Assembly: GCF_026210795.1 (NCBI RefSeq)
Contig: NC_089434.1
Location: 1,612,001-1,676,000 of the forward strand
DNA: 64,000 nucleotides
Reading direction: 5' to 3'
Source of the DNA: Rhizophagus irregularis
Lineage: Eukaryota
This document shows, one piece after another, positions 51,489-64,000 of the stretch (position 1 is the stretch's first letter; the number at the start of each line of letters is the position of its first letter). The position numbers were made by a program, and so were the translations under genes. The notes below the pieces were generated by a model. That model did not search any database and had not been told where the DNA came from. It worked only from the letters and a program-made list of their open reading frames with translations.

Positions 51489-51739
51489 AATTTTTGCGAT
51501 TAAAATAGTATGAAAAGAATGGATGAATCGAGAAAAAAAATTTTGGGGTTATTCATATATGAGAAATTGTCTCACAGACTGATCTGACTCATCAGTTGAT
51601 CGGTTACGCAAATTACATCACACAGAGGCGAGAAAAATAACAATTATCTATTACCTCTGATAATGAACGCCTTAACGGCGGGCCGACAAGAATTTTCCTG
51701 ATATCATACAGCGTATTTCGCATGATGAAATTTTCGTTC

Positions 51740-52300
51740 TCTATGCTTTTACCGATACTATTGGTATACCATTTTGATACAAAGCCTCCCAGCACTCTCC
51801 AAAATACTCACAACAGCCCTATCGACCATCTTTACCATTCTTTATATTTTCGATTTCATGGTATTAACAAGGTACTGAACTGTTAAACACAAATTTATCA
51901 CCATAATTCTCACTGTATCTCAATAATAGATAAGGAAACTGCTCTAACACTATATGTTTTCGCTTTTCATCTGCTTCATCAGGTAAAATAGAGATCGGAA
52001 GTCTGGATATGGATCTCCCCTGAAGAATAGATGATGTACTCACTTCAACTTTGGACGATCTGCCTGGATCGATTCCTTTGGAATCACCCGAAGAATTGGT
52101 GTCATAAGTTAAAGAAATAGGTGGGTAAATGTGGGTTGATATGCTTACTCCAAGGTATCCGCTTGCGTCTCCTACGCATTGGTCTAATCACCTCTTCGGA
52201 ATCAATAATAGAGTCATCCTGATCATCGGGTAATTCAGTGTTGGATTCTTGGAGAAATAATCACTCCTGTTAAACAACATTTTTGTTGTTCTTTCCATCA
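51740..52300 (-). pseudogene. Degenerate intronless gene fragment of unknown function
   Basis: SRLPISILPDEADEKRKHIVLEQFPYLLLRYS...PC*...GCCEYFGEC with stops. Confidence 0.35.
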
Positions 52301-54131
52301 CTAAACTAAGTTAACCGACCTTCTCCTTTAGTCAAAATACTGTTGAACTAAAAAAATTAAATTAACCTCCCCAAAATAAATAAAAATTTTTAATGGTTAT
52401 TTTGCTAATAACATTTGATATCGTGGTACACCAAGTATATTTTTTGTAAAAACTAAAATTTACTATCTACGATTTTAGCAAAAAGCCCATGTACACGAAA
52501 ACTATCCTAAAAAAACAAAGCAAAACAAAATTTTACCTAAAAAAACGATAATACTATTTCTTTTCTCAATCTTCTTTACTTTTTGAGGTCTTTCTACCTG
52601 CCTATTCCATATTCACCCTCTTCGTCTTGTCTTCTTTTGCCAAACGGCTCGCCATCTTCCTATTGTTAGTGTCAATTTTCGCAATCTCACATTCTATTAA
52701 TTGTTTTGATAGCCGATCCCAAAAGTTGCGATCATCTACTCCATCACGTCACCATCATTGAACACCGACACTTTATGTATTCAACCACGTCCTTCTCTGA
52801 TATCTTTTCTTTATCGAGAAGTCTTGACGAACGGTCCACTCATCCATTCCGGGTCCTTATTTTTCGACTCCGGATCACGTGATTGATGATCGTACCTAAA
52901 GTCGCCTGTAACTTTTCCCGCTTCATCAGGTTCGACCGACGAATGTAATACTTCTCTAGTTAAATTCTTCTCCTTTTCCAAGAATTCGCCCAGCGCCCAT
53001 TCGTGACGGTCTTGGATCTTTTCCGAATTTACCGATCCAAAAGATTCCCGTTTGAATAAAGCTTCTCTTCTTTTTGTTCGAGGACTAATTTCTTCTTCTC
53101 CAGCTGCTCCTTTACTTCTTTGAAAGTTCGAAATGACCATTTTGTTGTATCCCCTTTTTCTGCAACCAGAGCTCCAGATCCTTTTGCGACTTAAAATAAG
53201 TTGACACTTTCCACGGTCGATGCTTTTATTACTTTGAGAACGCTATTTTGGGATTACTTATGATTATTTTATTACGTTACAATCGTTACATCCAGATATT
53301 TTATTAAGATAGAGTTATCTTGGCCAGTTCTGACGGAATTCTATAACGTAAGTTGACCTAAATAATGATTCGATATGATATTTTTTTTTTAAAAAAAAAT
53401 CGTTTACACATGTGATAAATATAGCATTGTCGAGCTATAGCAAAAAAAAAGAAACCATAATGATATTAATAAAAATATAAATTCAGATAATATTTTAAAT
53501 TTGATGGATCGATGAACTTTGAAAATGATACGGAAAAACTTTTTCAGTTAGAATAAAAATATGAAAAGAATTAAAACCTTTCAAACGCCCATTAATTAAT
53601 TTATGAAATTCACGCACAATTAAGTACTGAAAAAAATTAAAGCATTAGAAAATCGAAAAAAAAAAATAGGGAAACACTTATTAAATATTATTTGGAGATT
53701 TTGTTGATCCGAGTTCTAGTGGCGGTTTTGGTGGTTCTTGGCAACGGTTCAAGTGATAGTTATTATGGTGATGAAGACAATCCGTATGACGGTTCTAACA
53801 ATTCAGGTAGCGATTCTGATAGCGACTTTAATTCTAGTTTTAATAAAACAAATACATTTACGAGATTTGAAGATAAGTATTTAACTCCGGGCGCAAGTTG
53901 CCGCCGTTCAGTTTAAATTACAGAATAGGTACATAAACAATTAATCATTTATAAGAATATACATCAGATGATCATCCAATAAATAAATACATTATTTTAA
54001 TTTTTTACTTTTAAATAACTTTTTACAAGTGTTACAAATTTTGATATCTAAAATAGTTCTGTGATTTTTTTTTTTTAAATAATATTATATACATTATATA
54101 CTTTTTACTATTACTAGTATTTACTAATTAA

Positions 54132-55334
54132 TTACACGTCAAGTGTTTTGACAGCATGTTCGTAGAAATCCATGTAGATATAGTATTTTGCAAGTAGATT
54201 TTTTAATTCAGTTTGATTATTGAGATTACTAAATTCATTAAAATTTTCCTCTTTTTTCGAGATATTTAATTTTACACTTCTATCATCTTTAATTTTCCCC
54301 AATTCTTTAAGAAGTTTCGCTCTATCATGTTCTATGAATATAAAGCGTGAGACAAACCCGAATGGGTCCATCTTGCCACGACCAAAAAGAAAGACGAAAA
54401 CTCCCCAAATGCTAATGTAACCACCGATATTACTAAAAAGTTCAAATAATGTAAGGGATGGTTTTAGAACCTGTGTCATAATATGTGTCGGTGAAGAGAG
54501 TATAATTCCAACCAAATTTTCATCTTTGACAGTAGAATCAACATGACCCTTAAAAGCCATCTGAAAACTTCGATATGTGGTTCCATTTAAAACTTTAGTG
54601 CGTGTCTCTGTATATTGTAACATACTCATATTTTTTAATGTTAAAACATCTACATAACTAAATTTGTTCCCTTGAGGAATGGAGCGTGACCAGTCTATAT
54701 CATTGTTGGTGTCACCCATGAAAAATATAACATCAGAAGATTTAAAGACTAGAACAAAAACCCCAGCAGCATTAACCTCCTGCTTCAAAAATGATGGGAA
54801 CAATGTACCATTAAAAAATTCACAATCACCATGTTCTCCAGAAATAGTAGTAAAAACTCGTGATTTGATTAAATTAATGAATGGGGCAGAATTATTTTTC
54901 CTGACATAAGTATCAAAACTGACATAATATTTTGCAATTACAATTTCGAGTTTAGCGTCAGGATTCTGAGTGTTAAGACAAAAGAGCATAGATGGAAAAG
55001 ATTTATTCTCTTCCAATGTCATGGATAACTTGGGAGGATAAAATATCATTTTACGAACATTATATGAAGTGACTGCTACAAAACCGAAAGTCAGAAGTAA
55101 GAAAGTAATTATTTTAAGTATTCTTGTGGGAACGCTTCGAGTATTGTCATCAATGAAATAATTTATAAATTGTTGACGGAATTGGGGAAATTGAAAGATT
55201 CGTACGATGAATGTAAGAATTATAATAACTACAAAAATTATGGCTACTATTACTGCGAACACACCAATTTTGCCATTGAGAGTCTCAAGCCAATCATATT
55301 CAACAAAATGACCAGAATCGAGAGAGTCATCCAT
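54132..55334 (-). CDS. Intronless membrane protein with DEG/ENaC/ASIC-like signatures (putative ion channel subunit)
   Basis: Hydrophobic segments at about aa 24-46, 73-92 and 296-318; ectodomain about 200 aa; motifs FPSMLFCLN, HGDCEFFN and FELFSNIGGYISIWG. Confidence 0.7.
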   Translation of the reverse strand: MDDSLDSGHFVEYDWLETLNGKIGVFAVIVAIIFVVIIILTFIVRIFQFPQFRQQFINYFIDDNTRSVPTRILKIITFLLLTFGFVAVTSYNVRKMIFYPPKLSMTLEENKSFPSMLFCLNTQNPDAKLEIVIAKYYVSFDTYVRKNNSAPFINLIKSRVFTTISGEHGDCEFFNGTLFPSFLKQEVNAAGVFVLVFKSSDVIFFMGDTNNDIDWSRSIPQGNKFSYVDVLTLKNMSMLQYTETRTKVLNGTTYRSFQMAFKGHVDSTVKDENLVGIILSSPTHIMTQVLKPSLTLFELFSNIGGYISIWGVFVFLFGRGKMDPFGFVSRFIFIEHDRAKLLKELGKIKDDRSVKLNISKKEENFNEFSNLNNQTELKNLLAKYYIYMDFYEHAVKTLDV

Positions 55335-57764
55335 ATTGTTAATTTTTGTTTTTAATAAAAAAAGGTTTTATAATATTTATAATATTTGAAAAAATTGGAA
55401 TAACTAGAATATTTATTCTATTTTATTTTTATTTATTTTATTTTTTTTAAAATATTTTGTTATTTTCTGTAGCAATGATTTTTTTTTCAGTTCTAAAAAG
55501 TTTAATTTATAAAGAATTCAACAAATAATTTTTTTAACAAGATTTTATGAATTGTTATTGTTTTGATAATAACAGATAATAACAAAATCGATTTGAATTT
55601 GCGTAACTAATTGTTCTCATTATAATCATTGTAAGCATGTTATGATACATGGGGTAAAATATTATCCTTAAATGTATGTATCCTTAAATGTATGTACATT
55701 TAACAACCTGTCGTTTTTCCTAGGATAAAATGATTTTTACCAAAATGTTATATTGGCGGATCTATTTATGTTACGTTGGCAAATCTATTTATATGTTATT
55801 GCGGATCTTTCCTTTTAGTGTTTGTTGTGAAGTTTGATTTGGACGCCATCATGCAATGTCGATCAAATTTTCTTTAGTAAGTCCGATTTTTTTTTAGTAA
55901 GTCCGATTCTTACAATATTTAGGTTAGTATGAAAAAATCTGGTGTAAACAGTATTATCCTTTAATAATTGTTGAATCGCAGCCTTTTATTTATGAAACAC
56001 GAAGAATAATAAAAATCTTGGTAGAGTTTAATATACCATAAGGAGTAGCAAGCATCAAAAGTTTAAAAAAAAGAAGTTTGATCGTAATACAAATGATATG
56101 ACAATTATTAATAATAGGAAAACCTATTGTTTGATAAAGTTTCTTTGTATGAAAGTACATTACTGTATCTTTCTTTATCAGTTATACCCGAATTATGTAG
56201 TATTGCAATTTTCTGTATTTTGGTTTTTTGCTATTGGCGAGTATATAGTAGAAAGTGAGTAGGTTTATTTATAATAGGCATTTTTTCTTTCAATTTGAAT
56301 AACTGTACTGTACGTCGTTTTTTTTGTGACGGAGGCGTGTGAATTGAAATTATTATCGTGGTTCCATTGTATTTTATCTTATGATTATTATGTAATTTTA
56401 TTGTAACGGTTTCTGAAGTAATTTTATTAAGACATTTTATATACTTTTAATTATTTTTTTATAACCTTTTCTTTCCTTTTTTTAACTTAGACTCGCAAGT
56501 ATATGATGATTGAGTAACAATTTAAGATTGACATTTTAGATAACTGCGTAAATACAGTAGTGCTTGCTAATTAATTAATTAGTAAATAGGAAATAATTAT
56601 GATATTTGGTAATAAACAGTTTTAATTATATTTTCTCATCAGTATTGATATATTGATAATATCTTTCAATTATTTCAATTATTGTATTATTTATAATTAT
56701 AAAAAAGAAAAAAAATTGATTGAAAAGATAAAATTACCTTTTCGTCTAATTTAATAAAAAGATCTTCTAACGGTATTGGAACCCAATATGGAAATGTGGT
56801 ATCGAAATTTTTCGAAAAACATTTTTTGAATGGTCTTTTAAATAAATTGTAAATAAATTTTACAAGAAAAATTTTTATGTATCGCGTGGGAATTGGAAGT
56901 AACATATTTAATGACTCTTATTTTAGAAATATTTTATTGAGGTTGTTCCTGAATAATAATTATTTATGTCATTTAATTTAAAGTGTGGTACAAAAATAGT
57001 CTTTCGCGTTACTTTTGCATGTAATCAGTCAAATTTTTTTTTGAATTAATTTTCTTTCACATGAGTTTTTTCGGCAATCTGTGATGACAAATTTAATAAC
57101 ATTTTCCCCAGCGTCACTATAAAAAATTTAAATACTTTAAATAGATAGCCTTCTAAAAATGTACTATTTAATAATCATAATTTTATGAATTTTATAAATT
57201 GAAACACTGTTATCAAAATTTTTTATTTATTTTATTGACTAATTATAGCGCTAGAAATTTAATAAATTAGTTAGTATTATATATAAGAAAATTTTCATTT
57301 TAAATAATATATAGAATTGAGTTATTCTTTTTACATAATATATACTTTTTTTGGTTTACTGATTTTACAAAAAATTTCAGTATGTAAAAAACAAATCATA
57401 GTCACGAAGTAACGATAATATAATCACTACTATTATCAATATTTTCCATTCTTTTAATTCTTTCGTCAAAGTAAAAGAAATTATTTATAACTTTACACTT
57501 AGATGTTTTTTTATTTTTAGTTACAGTATTTATTTATAGAAAATGTAAAATTTATTATAGCGATAAGCATGTTTAAAAATAGTTTATTATGTCTATTTTA
57601 AACTTGTTTGTGTAATTGTTGTTACACTATAAATTTAAATTTTTTTTTCTTTCAAAAAAAAAAAAAAAAAAAAAAATTCATTTTTCCAATTTATATTTGT
57701 ATTTATTTATATAATAAAATAAAAAAAAAGTTTTCATTTAAACCTTTATAATAAAAATTGCATT

Positions 57765-60042
57765 ATGTCTACTATTCGAAGAGAATTAGTTTATGCAACA
57801 GCTCATAGAGCATATTCGTTAATTGATTATAATATTCACACTGACATACACAAACAATATGAATTTCAAAAACAATTTATTCTTGATGATAAACTTCTTA
57901 CAGATGATGAAAAAACCGAAGCAATAAATTACATAACTGAAACTTATGACCGAAATAAAGTTCTTTTTAATTCAGGAACAAAAAGAATTTGTGAAAATTG
58001 TAAACAAGAATGTTTAGCTACATTATATTGTGAATATTGTGTTCGAAATTATTTAAAAGCAAATTTTAAAAATTGGACATCCGGAAATAATGATATTGAT
58101 AATTTAATACAGAAATGTCAATTGGAAACATTTGTGCCAGATACGGTAGTTGAATGGATTCCATATAACAATCTAAAAGATATTGAATATCTAATAAAAG
58201 GTGGATTTTCTGAAATTTATACAGCAGATTGGATTAATGGAAGTTATGATAAATGGAATCCTAGTGAACAGCAATTAATAAGATTTGAAAATGAAGAAAT
58301 AATACTTAAAAAATTAGAAAATGTTGAAAGTGCAAATCAAAGTTGGTTTGAAGAGGTGCGTATTTTAAATTATTTTATAAATTGAATAATTTTTGTATTG
58401 ACAATAAGATTCTTAAATTTTTTATAGGCTAAATCACATTTAATTATAAGTAATAAATGGGCAGAAGTTGTCCGATGTTATGGTTTAACGCAAGATTTGT
58501 CAAATGGACATTATATGCTTGTAATGAGAAAAGAGGATATGGATTTAAGAAAATATTTACAACAAAATTATAATCAACTTACATGGAAAGAAAAAATTAG
58601 AATTGCTTTTGAAATAATTAATGCACTTTATTTTATTCATCTTGAAAAAGCAATTCATAGAGATTTGCACTCTGGAAATATATTATATTCACAATTAAAT
58701 GATAGATGGCTTATTAGTGATCTTGGATTTTGTGGACCTGCTGATAAATCATCAAAAAGTATATATGGAAATCTTCCTTACATAGCACCAGAAGTTATTA
58801 ATGGAAAGGGATATACTTTTGCATCTGATATTTATAGTATTGCAATACTTATGTGGGAAATTTCATCTGGACATTCACCATTTATTGATTATAAGCATGA
58901 TGATTATAATCTTGCAATGGATATAATTAATGGTATTAGACCAGAAATTATGTCAGATATTCCTTTAGAATATAAAAATTTAATGGTACAATGTTGGGAT
59001 GCTGATCCATTGAATACAATCTCTTCGGAAAAAAATAAAAAAAATTCATCTATCATATCAAAATATGCCAGATGAATTTTTCCAGCAGTCAAAAGCAGTG
59101 AATAATTTTGAAATAAAAACTAGCACAAATTATATAAGCAGCAGATTATTTACAAGCAAAGTTCATCAATTTGAAAATTTACCCGAACAAAAAAATGCAA
59201 CAGAAGGTATTATTTATGAAGTTTTTTTTTATTGATTAAGATATGATGACGTTGCTAATTTTTTTTTTAATTTAAATGATTATACACATTATAGAAGAAC
59301 AAGAAGGTTAGCTTTTTTATTGTTATTTTATTAATTATTATAATAATTTATAACCTATTTTTCTTATTTTTTAAATAGCATTTCATAGTAAAACATATGA
59401 TTTTAGTATTCCTGATAATAGTAGGTATTTATTGAGTATTTCATTTGATGAAATATTTATTAATCAAATTTGCGTTTTTATAGTTGAAGATTTTAATAAT
59501 TCAAACGATCAGAAGATTAATAAAACATCAAAAATAAATAGTATTTTTAAAGGTAATTTAATTATATATTCAAATTTTTAAAATAATGATACAAATTTAT
59601 CTCGATTTTAGGTGGTAGTAAAAGATTATCTAAAGTATTTAAAAGGTTACAAATAAGTTCAAAGAATGGTAAGTAATACTATTTTAAATTTTAATTGTTT
59701 ACAATATTTATTATAATCTTATTTATTTATTTAAAAATTTAGACATTCAAAATGATCATAAGAAAGAAAAAATGCAACAAATGAAAGGATCAGTTAATGG
59801 TAAGTATAATTTTTTTTGTTATAAATTTTCATTTTATTTTTTGCAATGTTTAAATTAAAAACTTTTGTCCTTTTATAGATGATGATGAAATACATAATAA
59901 TCTAAACCTTCATTCAGAAGATCAAGATGAATTTGAGATTCCTGATGGTTAGTTTCTTAATATTTTTCTTAATATTGTTTGAATAATATCTTAAATACTA
60001 ATTTATATTATTTGTATATATTCTTTTTTAGATGGATTTTAA
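57765..60042 (+). pseudogene. TKL kinase, copy 4; near-intact but frameshifted at about 59013
   Basis: Exon 1 57765-58355; exon 2 from 58428 has all catalytic motifs. The KRPD codons are missing (about 11 nt) after CWDADPL, and the homologous frame resumes as IQSLRKKIKKIHLSYQNMPDE. Downstream micro-exons look intact up to DGF-TAA at 60042. Confidence 0.85.
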
Positions 60043-60493
60043 AATTATGTTTATAAACAAACAATATTGAAAATTTATTGGATTATTTAAACACTAAGAC
60101 TAGAGTAGTAAAATATTTTACACATTTCTTAGTTTGTAATTTAAATAAATTTTTTTTTATTTATTGTATATTATCAATAAATCTAAATCATTATTTTTTA
60201 TTTATTAAATCAAAAAACGCAAAGAGAACAATAATCTATGAAAACAGTAATGTGAAGATTAGGTTATTAAATATTATGGTTTCTTACGCAAGTTACATAT
60301 CTATAACTAGGAACAAGAAATTTAACATCCGTATGTGAAAGTTGGTCGGGAATAATTAATTAGAATGCATGGATAGAAAAAAATGTATCAATAGAAAAAT
60401 GTATTAATCGAAAGAATGTATCAATAGAAAAGATAACAATAGAACATGTTACTATGTTAATAATTAATTTGTATAGTTATTGCTTTAATATTT

Positions 60494-61627
60494 TTTTTTT
60501 TATTTCAGTAGATAAGAGTATTACAAAAAAAATTTTAATATGGTGCAAGTAAACTATACTCAACAATAAAATTGTAGTACTAAAAAATCTTATAAAATTT
60601 TAAAAAATAAATTTTAAAGAAAATAAACTGGTAGTTTTATTCTTCAAGACAAGTACTATCAAATTACCGGTCAGATATTTGAAAAAAGATCTGTATAAAA
60701 AGTTATAGGCATTTAAAACTAACCAATTTTTATATGATCGGCCTAAATTTGAAACAAATTGAATCACACGTGCCCTATCTTATTGGCTAAAAATTTTTAT
60801 AATTCAGGCCGAAATTATGATATTTCAATGCTGGCCCGAATTATCACATTCATTTGATGAGAAAATTCCTTTAACAATGAGAAAACCTTCTGATTTATGA
60901 GAAAATCATCACACGTTTACTGATGCCATGTAAAACAAAATGACAACAACAAGTTAGTAAGATACCTAGGAAAAAAGGTTGTTATATATAACAATACCAT
61001 GTAATTTAAATATGAAGAGTTTCAATGAATAAATTTTTCGTTTTGACATAACAGATAAAATATTATGTACGAAACAGTGTAACATATAAAAATTCTCGTT
61101 TTTTATTGGACAAGGTCTGATCACGTGATATGAAAACTTGCGCCAGAAAATTGAAACATCATCACGTGATTGTCGAGTATAGTTTACTTGCACCATAGAA
61201 GTAACAACTACAAGTAGTGAAAACTAACTATTATCTGTGTTAACATCCCGCAAGTAGGACCTCGTCTCCCATTTTAGAACTACTTCAACAGTAAACTACG
61301 CTACTGCTAAAGCTAGTAGAAAATTGAAACGAAATAAAAAAAATAAAAAAATTAACGCACTGGGGAATAGGAATATGACCAAATAGGATATAAAAATGGG
61401 GAGGAAAAAAAGCTAAAGCTAAAAAAAAGCCTAGAACCGTCGCACTACAACTACCTACAATTACAACTATACACTCCTTAAAATTCACCCAACTACACCA
61501 CCGTGGGATCCTACATAAGAAAATAAAAAGAAGGCATCATGGAGTTAGCATATGTATACTACCGGTACCAGAGGAACGTTCTTCTTTCTCTTGGAAGGAT
61601 TTTGCTTGAAATCTAGGAGAGGAGATT
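60494..61627 (-). mobile_element. Putative 5'-truncated retroposon (LINE 3' end) with poly(A) tail and long TSD, hosting a MITE
   Basis: Direct repeat GTTATTGCTTTAATATTT at 60476-60493 and 61628-61645, with a T-tract directly inside the left copy. Confidence 0.5.
60541..61195. mobile_element. Tc1/mariner-type MITE, 655 bp
   Basis: 27-bp TIR TGGTGCAAGTAAACTATACTC(A/G)ACAAT with one mismatch, and TA on both flanks. Confidence 0.9.
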
Positions 61628-62019
61628 GTTATTGCTTTAATATTTATTTTTATTTATTTTAAGGCTAGCCAGGAGAAGTACATTTGTAATAATTAAACTA
61701 ATAAAAATAATTATAAAAATAACAATATGTAGAATCATCGCTCAAATAAATTGAGCCCTAACTAGATTAAAGAAAAACTATCTAAAAACCCAACCGAATG
61801 AAGATAGCTAAAATCAATTAAAAAGAAAACTAAATAATCTGTATTTTTCTTTCAGCTTACACTGCCACCTGTAAATATTGTCATAGGTGGAATGTTTCAC
61901 ATTGTTTGAAATTGTTGTATTTATGGAAGAAAGAAGAAGAAGAAGAAAAAAAGAAAGGGAAACACTAAGATACAAATCATCTATATTCTGTAAATAAAAT
62001 GAATTTTAGTAGAGAGAAA

Positions 62020-63437
62020 ATCATCTTTTTCCTTTAAAATAGTGAATGAGGTACACGCTCTTTTTGCTATAGGAGAGAATTCCAAATTTTGGTTTAGATA
62101 ATTATTGTTCAAATGCCTTTTTTTGTGATGAAATTCGATCTTTTTAGTGTCATCAGAAGTGGCTTCCTGATCATCAGGTTCGTGGTCAATACTTTGTGGT
62201 AAAATGATTATACGTTGCGGTATAAACTTTACATCGCATGGTTTTTCAATAATTTTCCTCTTACAACTTCACCACCATTATGAGTATGAAAAAAATCTTT
62301 AAAAAATTTTTTATTAGTAAAATGTAAAACATATAAGAATTTAAATAATAAAATATTACCACATGTTTTTCTCCTTGAATTTAAAGGAAAAATTGTTTTA
62401 CACTCATTATTTTCAATTTCAGGCTATTAAATTAATAAATAAAATTAAATAATTTGTAATTAGATAATAAAAATTGTAAATTTATACTTACTATATGAGA
62501 TCCATTAAATAAATTTCTCAACAATGATATTAGATCAATATCATCTGGTATTTTCATGTAGCGATGCCATTTTTCGCCACTAACATACTTTTCACATCCA
62601 ATTATATATGTTACTACTAAAGTACCATTACATTTAACTTTTCTCAATGTAGCTTTGCCAGTACATTGCACATTATTAGATTTAAATTTACATGTTGATT
62701 CTTGAGCAGCTAGAAAGAAGCTTTTCAAAAGAAATATAGGATAAGAAATTATTTAGAAAGTTAATGTTGTGACTTAATTTGAAAACTGTAATTATAAAAA
62801 ACTTATTATTGATAAATTTAAATAAACAAATTAGATACTTACGAGCAAGTTTTTCTTTGTACTGTGTTATTTTCTTGTTGTGCAATGATTCTTTTAAAAT
62901 CTTCTGAATCAAAATCAACACATTGATGGCTTTGGTTGATAAATTCAGCATCTGCAAACTGGCAGTGCTTTATTCCTCAGCACTTACGTTCATTTTTTTT
63001 TACTGAAGTGCCAAGAAATGGACAGTCTTTAAGTGTAATACCACCACCTGATCCATTTATAGAATACTGTATCTATAAATAAAACAAGAATGTTAGAAAT
63101 GATTTTAAATGAATAAATAGGTAAAAATATATTTACATCACTGAAACAAGCAAGAGGATTAGACCATCCAGTTATGTTGTAAATTGTAGCAACACCAGTT
63201 GGTGATGTTCTTGGATACTCTATAGGAACTGAAGTATGGATTATAGTATTTACTGAAAACTTTTTTGTAAAATATGCTAGAAAGTCTTCATTATCATCAT
63301 TGCATTCTTCATCACTCTAAAAATTAATATTTTAAGTGGTGCTAAATGTCAATAAAAACAAATAGTTTAAGCTAAAGTTTTACCTGAGAATTAATAGTCT
63401 CATTGTCTGATATAAATTCTATGTCTGATAAACTCAT
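62020..63437 (-). pseudogene. Intron-containing Cys-rich gene remnant, probably the N-terminal part of a DNA-transposon protein
   Basis: Exons read IEYPRTSPTGVATIYNITGW..FSD|IQYS..GGG..DCPFLG, C*GIKHCQFAD, CTGKATLR...IIGCEKY..EKWHRY and KPCDVKF, with stops and frameshifts. The transposon link is only an inference. Confidence 0.5.
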
Positions 63438-64000
63438 TTTTGAATAAAAAAAAAAATAAAAAAAATAAGAACTTGAAACTATTTGAGTTTATAAAACTGA
63501 TATTGTATATAAAATATTTTATTAAATTGAGTGAAGGTTAAAAGTTTTCAAATTGACAGACGCGTCACGTAAAAAGTATATAACTCACATAACTGAGAGT
63601 AAGCCACAAAACTATTTATAGAACTATATGAACTATATTATATCGAATCGCATGATTTAACTCTCATAACATAAATATTACACAATGTTCATCATACGTT
63701 ATGTATGATTTTGATGCTTACATATATGTATGGTTTAAAATCAACCATACATTACATACTTCGTCATCCATACACTACATGTTATATATATACTCAAGAA
63801 AGAGAAGGCCAAAGGTACTGAAGAAGATAAAAGAGTGTTGAATATAATAGTCTGAGGTATATTTTTCTGCGGTTGTGTATTAATATCTAAAACATTATTC
63901 TTAGCAAGTCCGCCTTCGGTAATATTACTTCCGCTATCGGAACATGAGTCCAGCTGCAAATAAGGTTTTAAAGGTTCATACGGAACTGAGGAAAAGTCTT

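Noticed and set aside
52811..53140. 109-aa ORF as a gene
   Set aside because: No recognisable motif and degenerate surroundings; may be a retroelement relic but cannot be supported.
53692..53916. 74-aa ORF resembling a small secreted peptide
   Set aside because: Starts at TTG rather than ATG, is low complexity, and has no supporting gene structure.

Overview
Very AT-rich eukaryotic DNA with many short GT-AG introns. The gene families (expanded tyrosine-kinase-like kinases with an N-terminal CxxC motif, a Crinkler-type NTPase-nuclease, F-box/LRR) point to an arbuscular mycorrhizal fungus (Glomeromycota, Rhizophagus-like); this is an inference. Apparently intact genes are two TKL kinases, a coiled-coil/zinc-finger protein, a Uma2-type nuclease fused to a C2H2 finger, a large RA-PH adaptor, an F-box/LRR gene head-to-head with TRAX, a SAM-headed Crinkler-like effector and a 400-aa membrane protein. 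They sit among pseudogenes (three more kinase copies, two SAM exons, an HTH exon, an Mrr-like nuclease, a MULE transposase), LINE remnants, a CMC/CACTA-like element and several MITEs. The most notable observations are: (1) the membrane protein carries three DEG/ENaC/ASIC signature motifs in the right order, in a much-reduced ectodomain; (2) a stem-loop is conserved downstream of four kinase paralogues, with G-U-compatible substitutions; (3) three unrelated restriction-endonuclease-fold genes lie within 22 kb, together with orphan SAM modules. All calls are by eye and no database searches were run.
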